The notes under the pieces are model-generated. The model was not told where the DNA came from. It searched no databases and saw only the letters and a list, made by a program, of their open reading frames with translations. Shown here in pieces: positions 48,120 through 58,289 of a stretch of 64,000 nucleotides of DNA (position 1 is its first letter; each line of letters starts with the position of its first letter). The stretch is from a bacterium (lineage in GTDB: Bacteria; UBP14; UBA6098; B30-G16): the NCBI GenBank assembly GCA_030613005.1, contig JAUWMV010000010.1:5718-69717 (forward strand), in the 5' to 3' direction. A program made the translations under genes and the position numbers.

Positions 48120-48971
48120 ATGAAACTCAATAGATTTTACGTATATCGATTAGTAAGTGATGAACTCGAGAGGGATATCGGTGTTGGGGACATAACATCG
48201 ACCTCGATTGTGCCACCGTATCTTCAAACAACCGGACAGATAATAAGCCGCAGTTGTGGTATTCTCGCTGGAATCGAATTTGCAAAAGCAACCTTCGCAA
48301 TTGTCGATAATTCCGTCAGCTTCGATATTCATATTTATGATGGTGAAAAATTAACCACAGGAGATGTCATTGTAAGAGTATCCGGTTCTGCTCATTCCAT
48401 TCTAAATGCAGAGCGAACTGCATTAAATTTTCTTGGGCATTTATCAGGTATTGCAACTCAAACTGCGAATTTTGTTAAAGCAGTCGAGGGAACTGGAACT
48501 GTAATTCTTGATACGAGAAAAACTACACCAGGACTCAGACTTGCTGAGAAATACGCCGTTAAATGTGGAAGCGGCGAAAACCACAGAATGGGGCTTTATG
48601 ATATGATACTCATTAAGGACAATCACATTACTGCTGCAGGTGGAATAACACAAGCATTGACATTGCTTTATTCAAAAGGCAAACCCAATGTTCCAGTCGA
48701 GATCGAGGTTAGCAATCTTCGAGAATTAGAGCAAGCTCTTACGAGCCCAGTCGATAGAATAATGTTAGATAACTTCACACCTGAAATGACACAACAAGCC
48801 GTAAAACTTCGGAAAGGAAAAAACTCGGAAATACCTTTTGAGTCCAGTGGCGGAATAGATATCGATACAGTACGAAATTATGCAGAGATAGGAGTCGAAT
48901 TCATATCGATAGGAGCAATAATTCATTCAGCACCACAGTTCGACCTCACACTCGAGTTAGAAATAAAATAA
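48120..48971 (+). CDS. nadC: Nicotinate-nucleotide pyrophosphorylase (carboxylating), quinolinate phosphoribosyltransferase
   Basis: LDTRKTTPGLR, GSGENHRMGLYDMILIKDNH motifs. Confidence 0.9.
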   Translation: MKLNRFYVYRLVSDELERDIGVGDITSTSIVPPYLQTTGQIISRSCGILAGIEFAKATFAIVDNSVSFDIHIYDGEKLTTGDVIVRVSGSAHSILNAERTALNFLGHLSGIATQTANFVKAVEGTGTVILDTRKTTPGLRLAEKYAVKCGSGENHRMGLYDMILIKDNHITAAGGITQALTLLYSKGKPNVPVEIEVSNLRELEQALTSPVDRIMLDNFTPEMTQQAVKLRKGKNSEIPFESSGGIDIDTVRNYAEIGVEFISIGAIIHSAPQFDLTLELEIK

Positions 48972-49174
48972 TGTTTATGACCTTAAGGATTTTGATTTAA
49001 AAAAAATTATAAACTAGCTGTTATAGAGCTTATCCAAGAAGTTAAAATTGTGTGATCCTTCGAAAATACGTGAAAATTTTAACACTTGACTATTTAATAA
49101 TTATTCAGATTATTAATACTGGTAGAAAATAAAAAGGATCACCTCCACACAATAAATAAAGTAAGGAGGAAGAG

Positions 49175-49465
49175 ATGGCAGATAAAAGTGGTGTAGATAC
49201 ATTCATTGCCGGTTTTTTAATCGGTGGAGTTATAGGAGCAGGATTAGCACTATTATTCGCACCAGCATCGGGACGTGAAACAAGAAAATACCTTGGTCGC
49301 CAAGCCAGCCAAGCATTGGATGAAGGAAAACATGAAATTGACAAGATTCGCAATATAATCCAAGTGGAATTAGCTAAGCTTGCAGAAACTAAAGAGTCAT
49401 TAAAAGAAGCTATTCAAAAGGGCACAGAAACATATAAAAGCAGAAAACAGGGAGAAATAGATTGA
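49175..49465 (+). CDS. YtxH-like small membrane-anchored protein
   Basis: FIAGFLIGGVIGAGLALLFAPASGRETR is the hallmark YtxH N-terminus. Confidence 0.55.
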   Translation: MADKSGVDTFIAGFLIGGVIGAGLALLFAPASGRETRKYLGRQASQALDEGKHEIDKIRNIIQVELAKLAETKESLKEAIQKGTETYKSRKQGEID

Positions 49466-49839
49466 GTCCAGAAACCTGGATAGCAATAGGTGTTTGGGTA
49501 ATAGCACTGGGTTCTTTGATATTTTCTATAGTAGCTTTTTGTACATGGTTGAAACTTAGAAAATGGATAGATAGAGCCACAGCTGATATAAAGGATATAA
49601 ATACTAACCTGACTGCTCTTTTAAATGATACTCAAAAAACCCTTAAAATCTTAGATGAAAATCTCGAACATACTCGTGATATTTTGGCAATAGCCCAAGA
49701 TTCAATCCAAAATGTTTCTCGATTCACATCCAAAATAGAAAGTTCAATAATACCACAAATCACTGCTGGAGTATTTGGTTTAATAAAGGGATTCAATCTT
49801 ATCAAAAATCTTTTTACAAGGCGACATCAAAAGCAGTAA
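49462..49839 (+). CDS. DUF948-like membrane protein
   Basis: N-terminal TM then coiled-coil. Follows ytxH with 4-nt overlap, as ytxG/ytxH pairs do in Firmicutes. Confidence 0.4.
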   Translation: MSPETWIAIGVWVIALGSLIFSIVAFCTWLKLRKWIDRATADIKDINTNLTALLNDTQKTLKILDENLEHTRDILAIAQDSIQNVSRFTSKIESSIIPQITAGVFGLIKGFNLIKNLFTRRHQKQ

Positions 49840-49915
49840 AACTTTAATGGTGCTCGATAACCACTTTTGTCTAAGTTTTCCAACTCAGACAATATAAACT
49901 ATTGATTTAAAACAC

Positions 49916-50851
49916 ATGAAAATCGCAGTAATTTATGGGGGAAATTCCGAAGAGGCAAAGGTATCAAACGATACCGGAAATTCGATTGCTAAAGGCTTAG
50001 CAAAAAAGGGGCATATAGTAAAATCTTTTGAAATTCCTGAACCGGAAATAATCTCAATTTTAAATCAGCTAAAACAATATGATGTCATATTTATTGGATA
50101 TCATGGCGGATTTGGTGAAAATGGAAGGATACAGACGATTTTTGAACTTCAAAATATTTGTTTTACAGGATCTGGTTCTCAAGCTTCAGCTATGTGTATG
50201 AACAAGATATTTTCCAAACTGATCTTTCAGGCAATCGATATCCCAACACCTAAATGGATTACGGTAGAATCATCTACAAGGACAGATGAATCAATCGATG
50301 CGATTTTCGAATTCGGATTGAATTTACCCCTTGTTGTAAAACCACCAAATCAAGGCTCTACAATCGGAGTTACTATCGCACACACAAAGGAAGATCTTGT
50401 AAAAGGACTTGAAATTTCAAAACCCTATAGTGATAAAATTTTAATTGAAGAATATATTGCCGGACGTGAAATAACTGTTGCTATGTTTAACGATGAGCCA
50501 TTACCTGTTGTTGAGATCGTTACTGAGAGTGGATTTTATAATTATGAGCACAAATACACAAAAGGGAAAAGTGAATATTTGGTACCTGCACCGATTTCAA
50601 CTAATGTATTTTCACGAGCACAAAATTTGGCATTAAAAGCGTATCAGACACTGGGATGCAGACACTATGCAAGAGTGGATTTTAGGTTATCGCATGATGA
50701 AGAATTATTTTGCCTTGAAGTTAATACTCTGCCGGGAATGACAGACATATCGCTGGTGCCTATAGCAGCTAAAGCAATAGGTATCGATTTCCCGTCATTA
50801 GTTGAAAAAATTGCGATATTAGCAAAAAATTCTGGAGGTAATAATGTATAA
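49916..50851 (+). CDS. ddl: D-alanine--D-alanine ligase
   Basis: MKIAVIYGGNSEE..VS N-terminus. ATP-grasp motifs. Confidence 0.9.
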   Translation: MKIAVIYGGNSEEAKVSNDTGNSIAKGLAKKGHIVKSFEIPEPEIISILNQLKQYDVIFIGYHGGFGENGRIQTIFELQNICFTGSGSQASAMCMNKIFSKLIFQAIDIPTPKWITVESSTRTDESIDAIFEFGLNLPLVVKPPNQGSTIGVTIAHTKEDLVKGLEISKPYSDKILIEEYIAGREITVAMFNDEPLPVVEIVTESGFYNYEHKYTKGKSEYLVPAPISTNVFSRAQNLALKAYQTLGCRHYARVDFRLSHDEELFCLEVNTLPGMTDISLVPIAAKAIGIDFPSLVEKIAILAKNSGGNNV

Positions 50852-51299
50852 CAAAGTTATTCTGATCGGACATCTTGGCGCAGATGCTGACGTTAGATAT
50901 ACCCAAGGTGGAGAAACAGCCATTATAAAATTTAGAATGGCTACTAAGCAAAGATGGAAAGATAAATCAGGTGAATGGAGAGATGAGACTCAATGGCATT
51001 CTATAGTTCACTTCACTAAATTTGCCGATAGAAAAGCGGAAAGACTAAAAAAAGGCGCTCTTGTTTTTGTCGATGGAGATATTAGATACAGCACCTGGGA
51101 TGATAAAGATGGAATTACTCACTATCAAACTGATATTCGCGCATTCAAGGTTACACCTTTAACTCCCAGAGAAGTGCAGGCTGGAGATTTCGAGCAATCT
51201 GAATTTGAGAAAACAGAATCAAAACCTAAATTTGAAGATAAAAGCCCAGCAAGCACTAAAGAGGAGTCGTTTGGTGTGGATGACGATATGCCATTCTGA
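50844..51299 (+). CDS. ssb: Single-stranded DNA-binding protein
   Basis: OB-fold N-terminus NKVILIGHLGAD. Acidic C-terminal DDDMPF tail. Confidence 0.9.
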   Translation: MYNKVILIGHLGADADVRYTQGGETAIIKFRMATKQRWKDKSGEWRDETQWHSIVHFTKFADRKAERLKKGALVFVDGDIRYSTWDDKDGITHYQTDIRAFKVTPLTPREVQAGDFEQSEFEKTESKPKFEDKSPASTKEESFGVDDDMPF

Positions 51300-51355
51300 C
51301 CATTTTAACCAGAATTTAAGGTACTTTAATAATAAACGATTCATAATGTAATTTA

Positions 51356-51712
51356 ATGAGGTTGCCTACAGTAAAACGAAGGAAAGAAATTGGACTTCTT
51401 TTCTCGACTGAACAAAGGATTAAAGGCTCATATTTAGAGATAAGACGCACATTAAATGAAGGAGATGCAAGATTCCTATTCGTAATATCAAAGAAATGTG
51501 GCAATGCTCCCAGAAGAAACCGCATCAGAAGAATTTTGAGGGAATGGTTGAGAAAAAATTATAATAAATTTCAAGCTGGAAATATATGGATGATCCGAGT
51601 TTCACTAGAGACAAAATGCATTTCATATAATAAATTATCCATAACTTTACGACGAGAACTGGTGGAACTTTTAAGCAAATTAATTGAAAAGGATATCGAT
51701 GTCGAGGTTTGA
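51356..51712 (+). CDS. rnpA: Ribonuclease P protein component
   Basis: Basic ~118-aa protein with RNR motif region (NAPRRNRIRRILRE). Confidence 0.75.
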   Translation: MRLPTVKRRKEIGLLFSTEQRIKGSYLEIRRTLNEGDARFLFVISKKCGNAPRRNRIRRILREWLRKNYNKFQAGNIWMIRVSLETKCISYNKLSITLRRELVELLSKLIEKDIDVEV

Positions 51713-52448
51713 TATAAAAAGCTTTCTCGAAAAAAGTGGTGGAGTTGCTCTTGCACCATCGATATTATCTGCTGATTTTCTCAACCTTGGGGATGAAATT
51801 ATCGCATTAGAAACTGCGGGTGCAGATATGATTCATCTCGATATTATGGACGGTCATTTTGTTGATGAGATAAGTTTCGGTGCTCCAATCGCAAAGGCTG
51901 TATTGTCGAAGACCAATCTTCCAACCGATGCTCATCTGATGATATGCGAACCGATTAAATATGGTAAAACTTTTGCTAATCTCGGAGTTGACATTATTAC
52001 AACTCACTTGGAGATCCTCGATTCTATAACTGAATGGCAGCGCTTTAAAAGAGAAATGAATACATCTGTGGGGCTCGCAGTTAATCCTGAGACTGAAATA
52101 AAATTTCCTGAAAGTATACTCGAACATTTCGATCTTATACTTGTTATGAGCGTACATCCTGGATTTTCTGGGCAAAAATTTATACCCGAAGTATTGCCGA
52201 AAATAGAAATGCTGTCAAATTTATGCTCACAGATGAATTTGCAAAAACTAATACAAGTTGATGGTGGGATTGATGAGAGCACAATCGATTTAGTTTTAGA
52301 TGCCGGTGCAAACCTTATTGTAGCAGGAAACGGATTTTTCAAACCTAAGAACTTTATCATTCCATATAAAACAATGAATCCCGCAGCTGATAGAGTGGCA
52401 AAGTATGCCAAAATGACTAAGATTTTAAAGGGTAATTTAAATGTTTAA
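51699..52448 (+). CDS. rpe: Ribulose-phosphate 3-epimerase
   Basis: APSILSADF, HLDIMDGHFV, VMSVHPGFSGQ motifs. ATG at 51699 with AAAAGGA Shine-Dalgarno. The ORF-track start at 51684 is a TTG. Confidence 0.85.
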   Translation: MSRFDIKSFLEKSGGVALAPSILSADFLNLGDEIIALETAGADMIHLDIMDGHFVDEISFGAPIAKAVLSKTNLPTDAHLMICEPIKYGKTFANLGVDIITTHLEILDSITEWQRFKREMNTSVGLAVNPETEIKFPESILEHFDLILVMSVHPGFSGQKFIPEVLPKIEMLSNLCSQMNLQKLIQVDGGIDESTIDLVLDAGANLIVAGNGFFKPKNFIIPYKTMNPAADRVAKYAKMTKILKGNLNV

Positions 52449-52462
52449 AAAAGGGGGAGTTT

Positions 52463-53308
52463 ATGTCTAAGTTCAGTTCTACAACAATAATTATAATTGT
52501 GATTGTGGTAATCCTTCTAATCATACTTAATCCCTTCGTGATAGTTCCCCCGGGAAATGTCGGAGTTAAAGTATTTCTCGGAAAAGTCTATCCTAGAGTT
52601 CTACATAATGGATTTCATATTGTATTCCCTCTTGTTAAGGTGGTAAAAATGGATGTTCGACTTCAAGCCTATACTATGTCCATTGCCACAGCCGAAGGAG
52701 AAATTCGCGGAGACGACGCAATCGAGGCTTTAACATCGGAAGGATTAAAAGTAAAACTAGATATTACAGCTTGGTATAGATTAATTCCAGAAGAAGCTGC
52801 AACAGTTTACCAGAATATAGGTCCGGATTATGTCGTAAAAATCGTTCGACCATCACTTAGAACAGCAATAAGAGATATCGTTGTGGGCAATACAGCTGAA
52901 GAAATATATTCTGCCAAAAGAGATGAAATTGTCTCGAAAATCCAAGAGCATTCTATTATACTTTCCGAGGGAAAGGGCATCGAGATCGACAAGATACTTT
53001 TACGCAATGTAAAACTCCCAGAGAAAATCGAAAATGCAATAGACGCTAAAATAAGTGCAGATCAAGACGCACAGAAAATGGAGTTTGTATTATTGAAGGA
53101 AAAAAGTGAAAAAGAGAGAAAGATAATCGAGGCAGAAGGGATTAGAGAAGCTAATTATATTATTTCAAAAAGCCTAACAACTAATTATATAAGATGGTAT
53201 AGAGTTGAAATGCTTAAACAATTAGTTAATTCCCCAAATAATACAATAATTATAATACCAGAGGAACTTAAATCAGCACCTATAATGATTCCATCTGTGG
53301 GTAATTAA
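52463..53308 (+). CDS. SPFH/band-7 (prohibitin/HflK-C-like) membrane protein
   Basis: N-terminal TM then PPGNVGV... SPFH domain pattern. Confidence 0.8.
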   Translation: MSKFSSTTIIIIVIVVILLIILNPFVIVPPGNVGVKVFLGKVYPRVLHNGFHIVFPLVKVVKMDVRLQAYTMSIATAEGEIRGDDAIEALTSEGLKVKLDITAWYRLIPEEAATVYQNIGPDYVVKIVRPSLRTAIRDIVVGNTAEEIYSAKRDEIVSKIQEHSIILSEGKGIEIDKILLRNVKLPEKIENAIDAKISADQDAQKMEFVLLKEKSEKERKIIEAEGIREANYIISKSLTTNYIRWYRVEMLKQLVNSPNNTIIIIPEELKSAPIMIPSVGN

Positions 53309-53390
53309 TGTGGCATATAAATTGCTGTAATAAATATATGAATAATATTTAATTGTTATATAATAGAAAATGATAAGTTAGGAGGTTCTG

Positions 53391-53750
53391 ATGGATCTGA
53401 GAATTACCGCTCGTCATTTTGTCCTCGACGATGAAACCAAAGATTATGTAGAAAAACAAATTACTTCGTTGACAAAATTTATTGGAAGGATTATCGATGC
53501 CCAGATCACGCTCACTTACAACGGACATCATGTCTATAATGTAGAACTTAGTGTTATACTTAGCGGAAAAACTCTTATCGCAAAAACAGAATCACACGAA
53601 TTAAAGTTAGGAATTGATATAGTCTCCAACAAGATGGAACGATTGATTAAGGATCATCACGATAAACTTATGGGAACTAAAAGTCACCGAAACGAGGAAG
53701 AAAAACGAATTTTTTTCGATGAGATTTCTCGAAACTTAAATGAAGAATAA
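53391..53750 (+). CDS. hpf: Ribosome hibernation promoting factor (HPF/RaiA, short form)
   Basis: MDLRITARHFVLDDETKDYVEKQI typical sigma-54 modulation protein/S30EA family. Confidence 0.85.
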   Translation: MDLRITARHFVLDDETKDYVEKQITSLTKFIGRIIDAQITLTYNGHHVYNVELSVILSGKTLIAKTESHELKLGIDIVSNKMERLIKDHHDKLMGTKSHRNEEEKRIFFDEISRNLNEE

Positions 53751-53775
53751 ATTCCCACTCTCAAATCAAGAACAG

Positions 53776-53815
53776 AGGGAACCTATTTTCATGATTAGGT
53801 TCCCTGTTTAATTCT
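53776..53815 (+). terminator. Rho-independent terminator after hpf
   Basis: AGGGAACC-13 nt loop-GGTTCCCT followed by GTTTAATTCTATTT. Confidence 0.45.
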
Positions 53816-53921
53816 ATTTAGTGATAAACATTATTAAAAGCAGTTATCATGGGAAATTAAAAACAATTGAGTAATACATTAAATAATATCTCAGATATAT
53901 TCTCAATCGAATTAATTTTTG

Positions 53922-55226
53922 CTATTTGCTAACCACAGAAATATCATCGAGACGTATATAAGGTGCATAGTATATACCTCTAATCCATTCCGCATCCTTG
54001 CTGATCGAATTTATTTTTGTAAGACATTCGTATATGTTCCCAGCTATTGCAGAGTTTTTAATCCTGCCGACAATCTTCCCGTTTTCAATCTTATATCCAG
54101 TAGTAATAGGGTTTGAGAATGCACCGGAAAGAACGTTTCCTTGCCCTAATCCCAACACAGCTTCAACCATTATTCCCTCTTTAATATCAGATAAAATATC
54201 CTCTAATGAACTGTCACCTTCTTTTATTATAATGTTTGCGAAAGTGGGAGTTGGTGGTGTGAAAATGCCTCGACGAGCACATCCATTGCTTTTATATCCA
54301 GATTTTGCAGCAGTTTTAAGATCAAAAAGAAAGTTTCTCAAATCCCCATTCTCAACAACTGGAAACCGTGACTGTGGGATGCCCTCAGCATCAAACGGAC
54401 TCGAACCAGGACGTCCATCAAGTGTACCATCGTTTAAAATCGTTAGTTTCTCGTCGAATAGTTTGCGATTTAGCTTGTCGAAAATTGGACTAGTTTTCGT
54501 GTAGATATTATTCCCATTAACACCAAGTGAAAAAGGAAGGAAAAGAACGTAACTACCCTCAGGAGTGAAAACCACGGGTATTTTGCCTGAAGGAGACGGA
54601 ACGATTATATCTCGAAATTTCATAGTCTTATTTATTTTGTTAATAATCTTCGATATAACTTCTTCGCTTTTAGGGAGATATGTAGTATGCCATGATTCAC
54701 CTGCAAAGAATATGTCTCCTTCCTTAACTCGAACGAGAAATCCTGAAACACTAAATCCCGTTTTTCTATACTCTCCCTGAAAACCCTCGGTATTGGCAAT
54801 TTTAACGTGGCTTTCTGCAGTGCTAAGAGATATTTCACAATCCGCTTCTGATCTATATTCTTCAAGGCGAGACATAATTTCTTTACCAACTTCCGCCATT
54901 TTGCTTAGTCCAAAATTCGTAGTTTTCGAATCGAAAATATCCGGGCTAATAAATTCAGCTGGACCTGGAAATTGGATGTCGAGTTTTTCTCCAAATTTTG
55001 CAGCAGTTATAGCATCGTCAATTATTTTATCCAAAACCTCTGGATCAGTAGTTGCAGCAGTTCCCAGCTTACCATCTACAAAAACTCTAACACCATAACC
55101 TCGCTGCTGGTTGCTTTCACTGCTTCGGATTTTCCAACCTTTGAAAGTAATATCTCGAGAAGTGCCTTTATAATAAAACACCTCACCTTTGTCAACTCTA
55201 CCTTTAAGCCTTTCAATCAATTCCAT
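53922..55226 (-). CDS. pmbA: TldE/PmbA family protein (metalloprotease TldD partner)
   Basis: 434 aa PmbA_TldD-fold. Lacks HExxxH. Adjacent to tldD. Confidence 0.75.
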   Translation of the reverse strand: MELIERLKGRVDKGEVFYYKGTSRDITFKGWKIRSSESNQQRGYGVRVFVDGKLGTAATTDPEVLDKIIDDAITAAKFGEKLDIQFPGPAEFISPDIFDSKTTNFGLSKMAEVGKEIMSRLEEYRSEADCEISLSTAESHVKIANTEGFQGEYRKTGFSVSGFLVRVKEGDIFFAGESWHTTYLPKSEEVISKIINKINKTMKFRDIIVPSPSGKIPVVFTPEGSYVLFLPFSLGVNGNNIYTKTSPIFDKLNRKLFDEKLTILNDGTLDGRPGSSPFDAEGIPQSRFPVVENGDLRNFLFDLKTAAKSGYKSNGCARRGIFTPPTPTFANIIIKEGDSSLEDILSDIKEGIMVEAVLGLGQGNVLSGAFSNPITTGYKIENGKIVGRIKNSAIAGNIYECLTKINSISKDAEWIRGIYYAPYIRLDDISVVSK

Positions 55227-55485
55227 AATTCCTCCTGGAATTTTATCTTAGGTTAATAAACTCTTTGTAAAAGTCCCGATTTTTCGGAGCATCAATAATT
55301 TATTAGATAATATGTGATACCGTAAAGAAACGCAATTCTACAATTCATAAAATCCGCATTACCATTTGCCAAGTACATAAACATTTTATCTGTTGTTGTT
55401 TCCATTTTTTAATTATTTATTACTTCCTACTCTCATTGCTTAAGTATATTGAAATTCTCTATCAATTTAAAGAGCATCCATTGCT

Positions 55486-56868
55486 CTATTTGCCGCCTAT
55501 TGTCACGTTTCTAATTCTGATATGAGGAGCTCCTACATCCACAGATACAGCTTGTCCACCCTTTCCACAATTACCAGCCCATTCCGCCCACATAAAATCG
55601 TTCCCAATTTGTTCAATATTAGCCATTGTCTCGAATAAATTCCCCTGCAAGACGACATCCTTAACCAATTCTGCAATTTTGCCGTTGCGAATCATATAAG
55701 CACAACCAGCAGAAAACGAAAAATTCTCGAGTTGAGTATTACCACCATAAGAATCAATTGCGTAAATGCCTTTTTCTATACCATCAAATATATTCTTCGA
55801 GAAATGAGGTCCATTCTCAATGCCAGTATTAGTCATTCTCACCTGTGGTGCGAAATGATAATTTTGTGCTCTGGAATTACCAGTTGGTTTTTCACCCATT
55901 TTCTCAGCTGTCTCAAGAGAATGAAGTCTCCCAATCAATTTTCCCTCTTTAATGAGATAGTTTTTTTTGCACAGTATTCCCTCATCATCATAAATAATAG
56001 AACCTTGAAGTTCAGGAACTTCAGAACCGTCATCGAATACATTAAGGAAATGCTCTCCAAATTTCCTACCCATATACATCAATTCTTTTGCCTGAGGATT
56101 CTCAATAATAAAATCCGCTTCGGACAGATGACCAAAAGCCTCATGTATAAAGACTCCTGCGAGCCTTGGGTCTAATACGACAGTGTAATTGCCACCTTCA
56201 ACAGATTTTGCATCGAGAAGCTCTACAGCTCTTTTTGCGCTATTTCTAACTCTGTCCTCAATTTTTTTTAAGGTTATAAAACTTTTCCGCGAACTTATAC
56301 TTTCGCGAGCCTGTTGAACATCGTCTTTCCGTTTCGCTTGACCCGATGCATAAAATATTACGTTTTGATAATTATGATCAACATTAACTCCAAAGGTATT
56401 CATAAATAACTTTTTGCTTCGAATCTCACCATAAATTGTTGTTGCTAATACAAGTGGATTACCACCGCTTTCACGCATAATTTCGTTATATTGAGTTACA
56501 AGGTCAATTTTTTCCTCGTCGGAATGATTCTCAAATGGATCTACAATTTCGATTTCAACAGTAGCTCGAAGTGGATTCATTTCGAAAATTTTAATTGGTT
56601 CATCTGGTATCAGAACTTTCGAGGCATCTACGGCATCGGTGAAAGCTTTATCGATATTGTTCAGGTCGTTAAGTGTAGCTATACCCCAACCATGATCTTT
56701 AAGCAGAACTCGGACACAACCACCCATATCGAGGATTCGATTGAAGTTTTCAATAATACCGTTTTCCATATTTATCGTTAATAATGCTCGATGTTCAAGT
56801 CTTATATCAGCATAACCATCAATATCCTTGAGCAGTTTCTCCACTCGTTCCATATAATTCTCCCACAT
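55486..56868 (-). CDS. tldD: Metalloprotease TldD
   Basis: HEAFGHLSEADF zinc-binding motif. C-terminal GGxGNC-like region. 460 aa. Confidence 0.85.
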   Translation of the reverse strand: MWENYMERVEKLLKDIDGYADIRLEHRALLTINMENGIIENFNRILDMGGCVRVLLKDHGWGIATLNDLNNIDKAFTDAVDASKVLIPDEPIKIFEMNPLRATVEIEIVDPFENHSDEEKIDLVTQYNEIMRESGGNPLVLATTIYGEIRSKKLFMNTFGVNVDHNYQNVIFYASGQAKRKDDVQQARESISSRKSFITLKKIEDRVRNSAKRAVELLDAKSVEGGNYTVVLDPRLAGVFIHEAFGHLSEADFIIENPQAKELMYMGRKFGEHFLNVFDDGSEVPELQGSIIYDDEGILCKKNYLIKEGKLIGRLHSLETAEKMGEKPTGNSRAQNYHFAPQVRMTNTGIENGPHFSKNIFDGIEKGIYAIDSYGGNTQLENFSFSAGCAYMIRNGKIAELVKDVVLQGNLFETMANIEQIGNDFMWAEWAGNCGKGGQAVSVDVGAPHIRIRNVTIGGK

Positions 56869-57094
56869 ATTTCCTCCAATATAATTTATTGTTTTTATTT
56901 TTTAATTATAACTCATTACAAAGCATTTAAGCAACACATAATGCGTTTTGAAAAAATGATAGTATTACAATGTAGATGTACAATTCTATATGTCAAATGC
57001 AAATAGAACATTTGCGATTGTAAAAATTTCGAAACACACCCGATAAGAAATTAAATAGAACTGCTCTCAAAATCAATGTCATTGGATTATCAAA

Positions 57095-58246
57095 TTATTC
57101 TTTAAAAATATCTTTCACATGCTCCTCACCAAAATATTCCACAATATATTCGCTCACTACCTTTCGAATCCTACTTATGAAATTTTCCACACTGAATCTT
57201 TTTGTACTAGCAACGATCTCTTTCTGGTCAAATTTAATTTTCTCTGCTTTGTTTATAGCTTCAACCAACGATTCAGGTGTTCTTTCATAGAAAAATAAAC
57301 CTGTAACACCATCGACGATAGTTTCCGTCGCACCGCCCGTTCCGTAAGCTATTACTGGACGACCAGCTGCCTGAGCCTCCACAGGAACGATACCGAAATC
57401 CTCTTCTCCCGGGAAAACGAGAGCCTTACAGTGTTTAAGCAGTTCGATTTTTCGTTCCGGTGTAACGAATCCCTCGAATACAATATTACTATTAGCCATC
57501 CTTCTAAGAGCTCTAAGTTGTTGTCCGGTGCCTGCAATTATTAACTTTTTACCCAATTCATTAAAAGCTTTAACAGCAATATCAACACGCTTATATGGCA
57601 CCAAGCGTGATAGAACTAAATAGTAATCCCCAATATCATCAACTGGTGATATGTTCTCAGTTTCAACAGGAGGATACACTACTTTTGAACTTCTGCGATA
57701 ATATTTTTCAATTCTACGCTTAACAGTCTCGGAGATGGAAATGAATTCATCAACTCTATCAGCAGCAACACGATCCCAAATCTTTAAATAACTGAACGCA
57801 AAAGGATAGATAAACTTACTAACAAATTTGGAATAGCTTGTCTTATTTTCGAAATATAGTTCCCAGGCTTGTCTCATTGGAGTATAACAAAGACATATAT
57901 GAAGCGTATCGCTTCGCGTAAGTATTCCCTTAGCCCAGAGATAAGCAGAACTAATAACAAGGTCATAATCTCTAAGATCGATTTGCTCTATCATAGATGG
58001 ATATAGAAGGAGATAATGTTTATAAAGATGTCGTCTGAACGGGAAATATCTGCTCCAACCCACATATCTTATATCCCAGTCGCTAAATTCCGCTGGCAAG
58101 AGATCTGGCTCATAGATCAGTGTATAGATAGGCGCTTGAGGAAAAATATAGTGAAGCCATCGCAAAACTATTTCCGCACCGCCGTATTGATTCAAATAGT
58201 CGTGAACAAGAGCAATTCGTAAAGGATGTCTTTTCAATAATTTCAT
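57095..58246 (-). CDS. Glycosyltransferase family 4 (GT-B fold)
   Basis: N-terminal IALVHDYLNQYGGAE. C-terminal EGFVTPE...EEDFGIVPVEAQAAGRPVIA (EX7E-like) motif. Confidence 0.8.
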   Translation of the reverse strand: MKLLKRHPLRIALVHDYLNQYGGAEIVLRWLHYIFPQAPIYTLIYEPDLLPAEFSDWDIRYVGWSRYFPFRRHLYKHYLLLYPSMIEQIDLRDYDLVISSAYLWAKGILTRSDTLHICLCYTPMRQAWELYFENKTSYSKFVSKFIYPFAFSYLKIWDRVAADRVDEFISISETVKRRIEKYYRRSSKVVYPPVETENISPVDDIGDYYLVLSRLVPYKRVDIAVKAFNELGKKLIIAGTGQQLRALRRMANSNIVFEGFVTPERKIELLKHCKALVFPGEEDFGIVPVEAQAAGRPVIAYGTGGATETIVDGVTGLFFYERTPESLVEAINKAEKIKFDQKEIVASTKRFSVENFISRIRKVVSEYIVEYFGEEHVKDIFKE

Positions 58247-58289
58247 TATAAAGGTTTGGATGACTTCCTATAATACCTCTGATATTAAA

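Noticed and set aside
53998-55098. Plus-strand ORFs (168 aa, 101 aa, 71 aa) within pmbA/tldE
   Set aside because: Antisense shadows of the conserved minus-strand gene.
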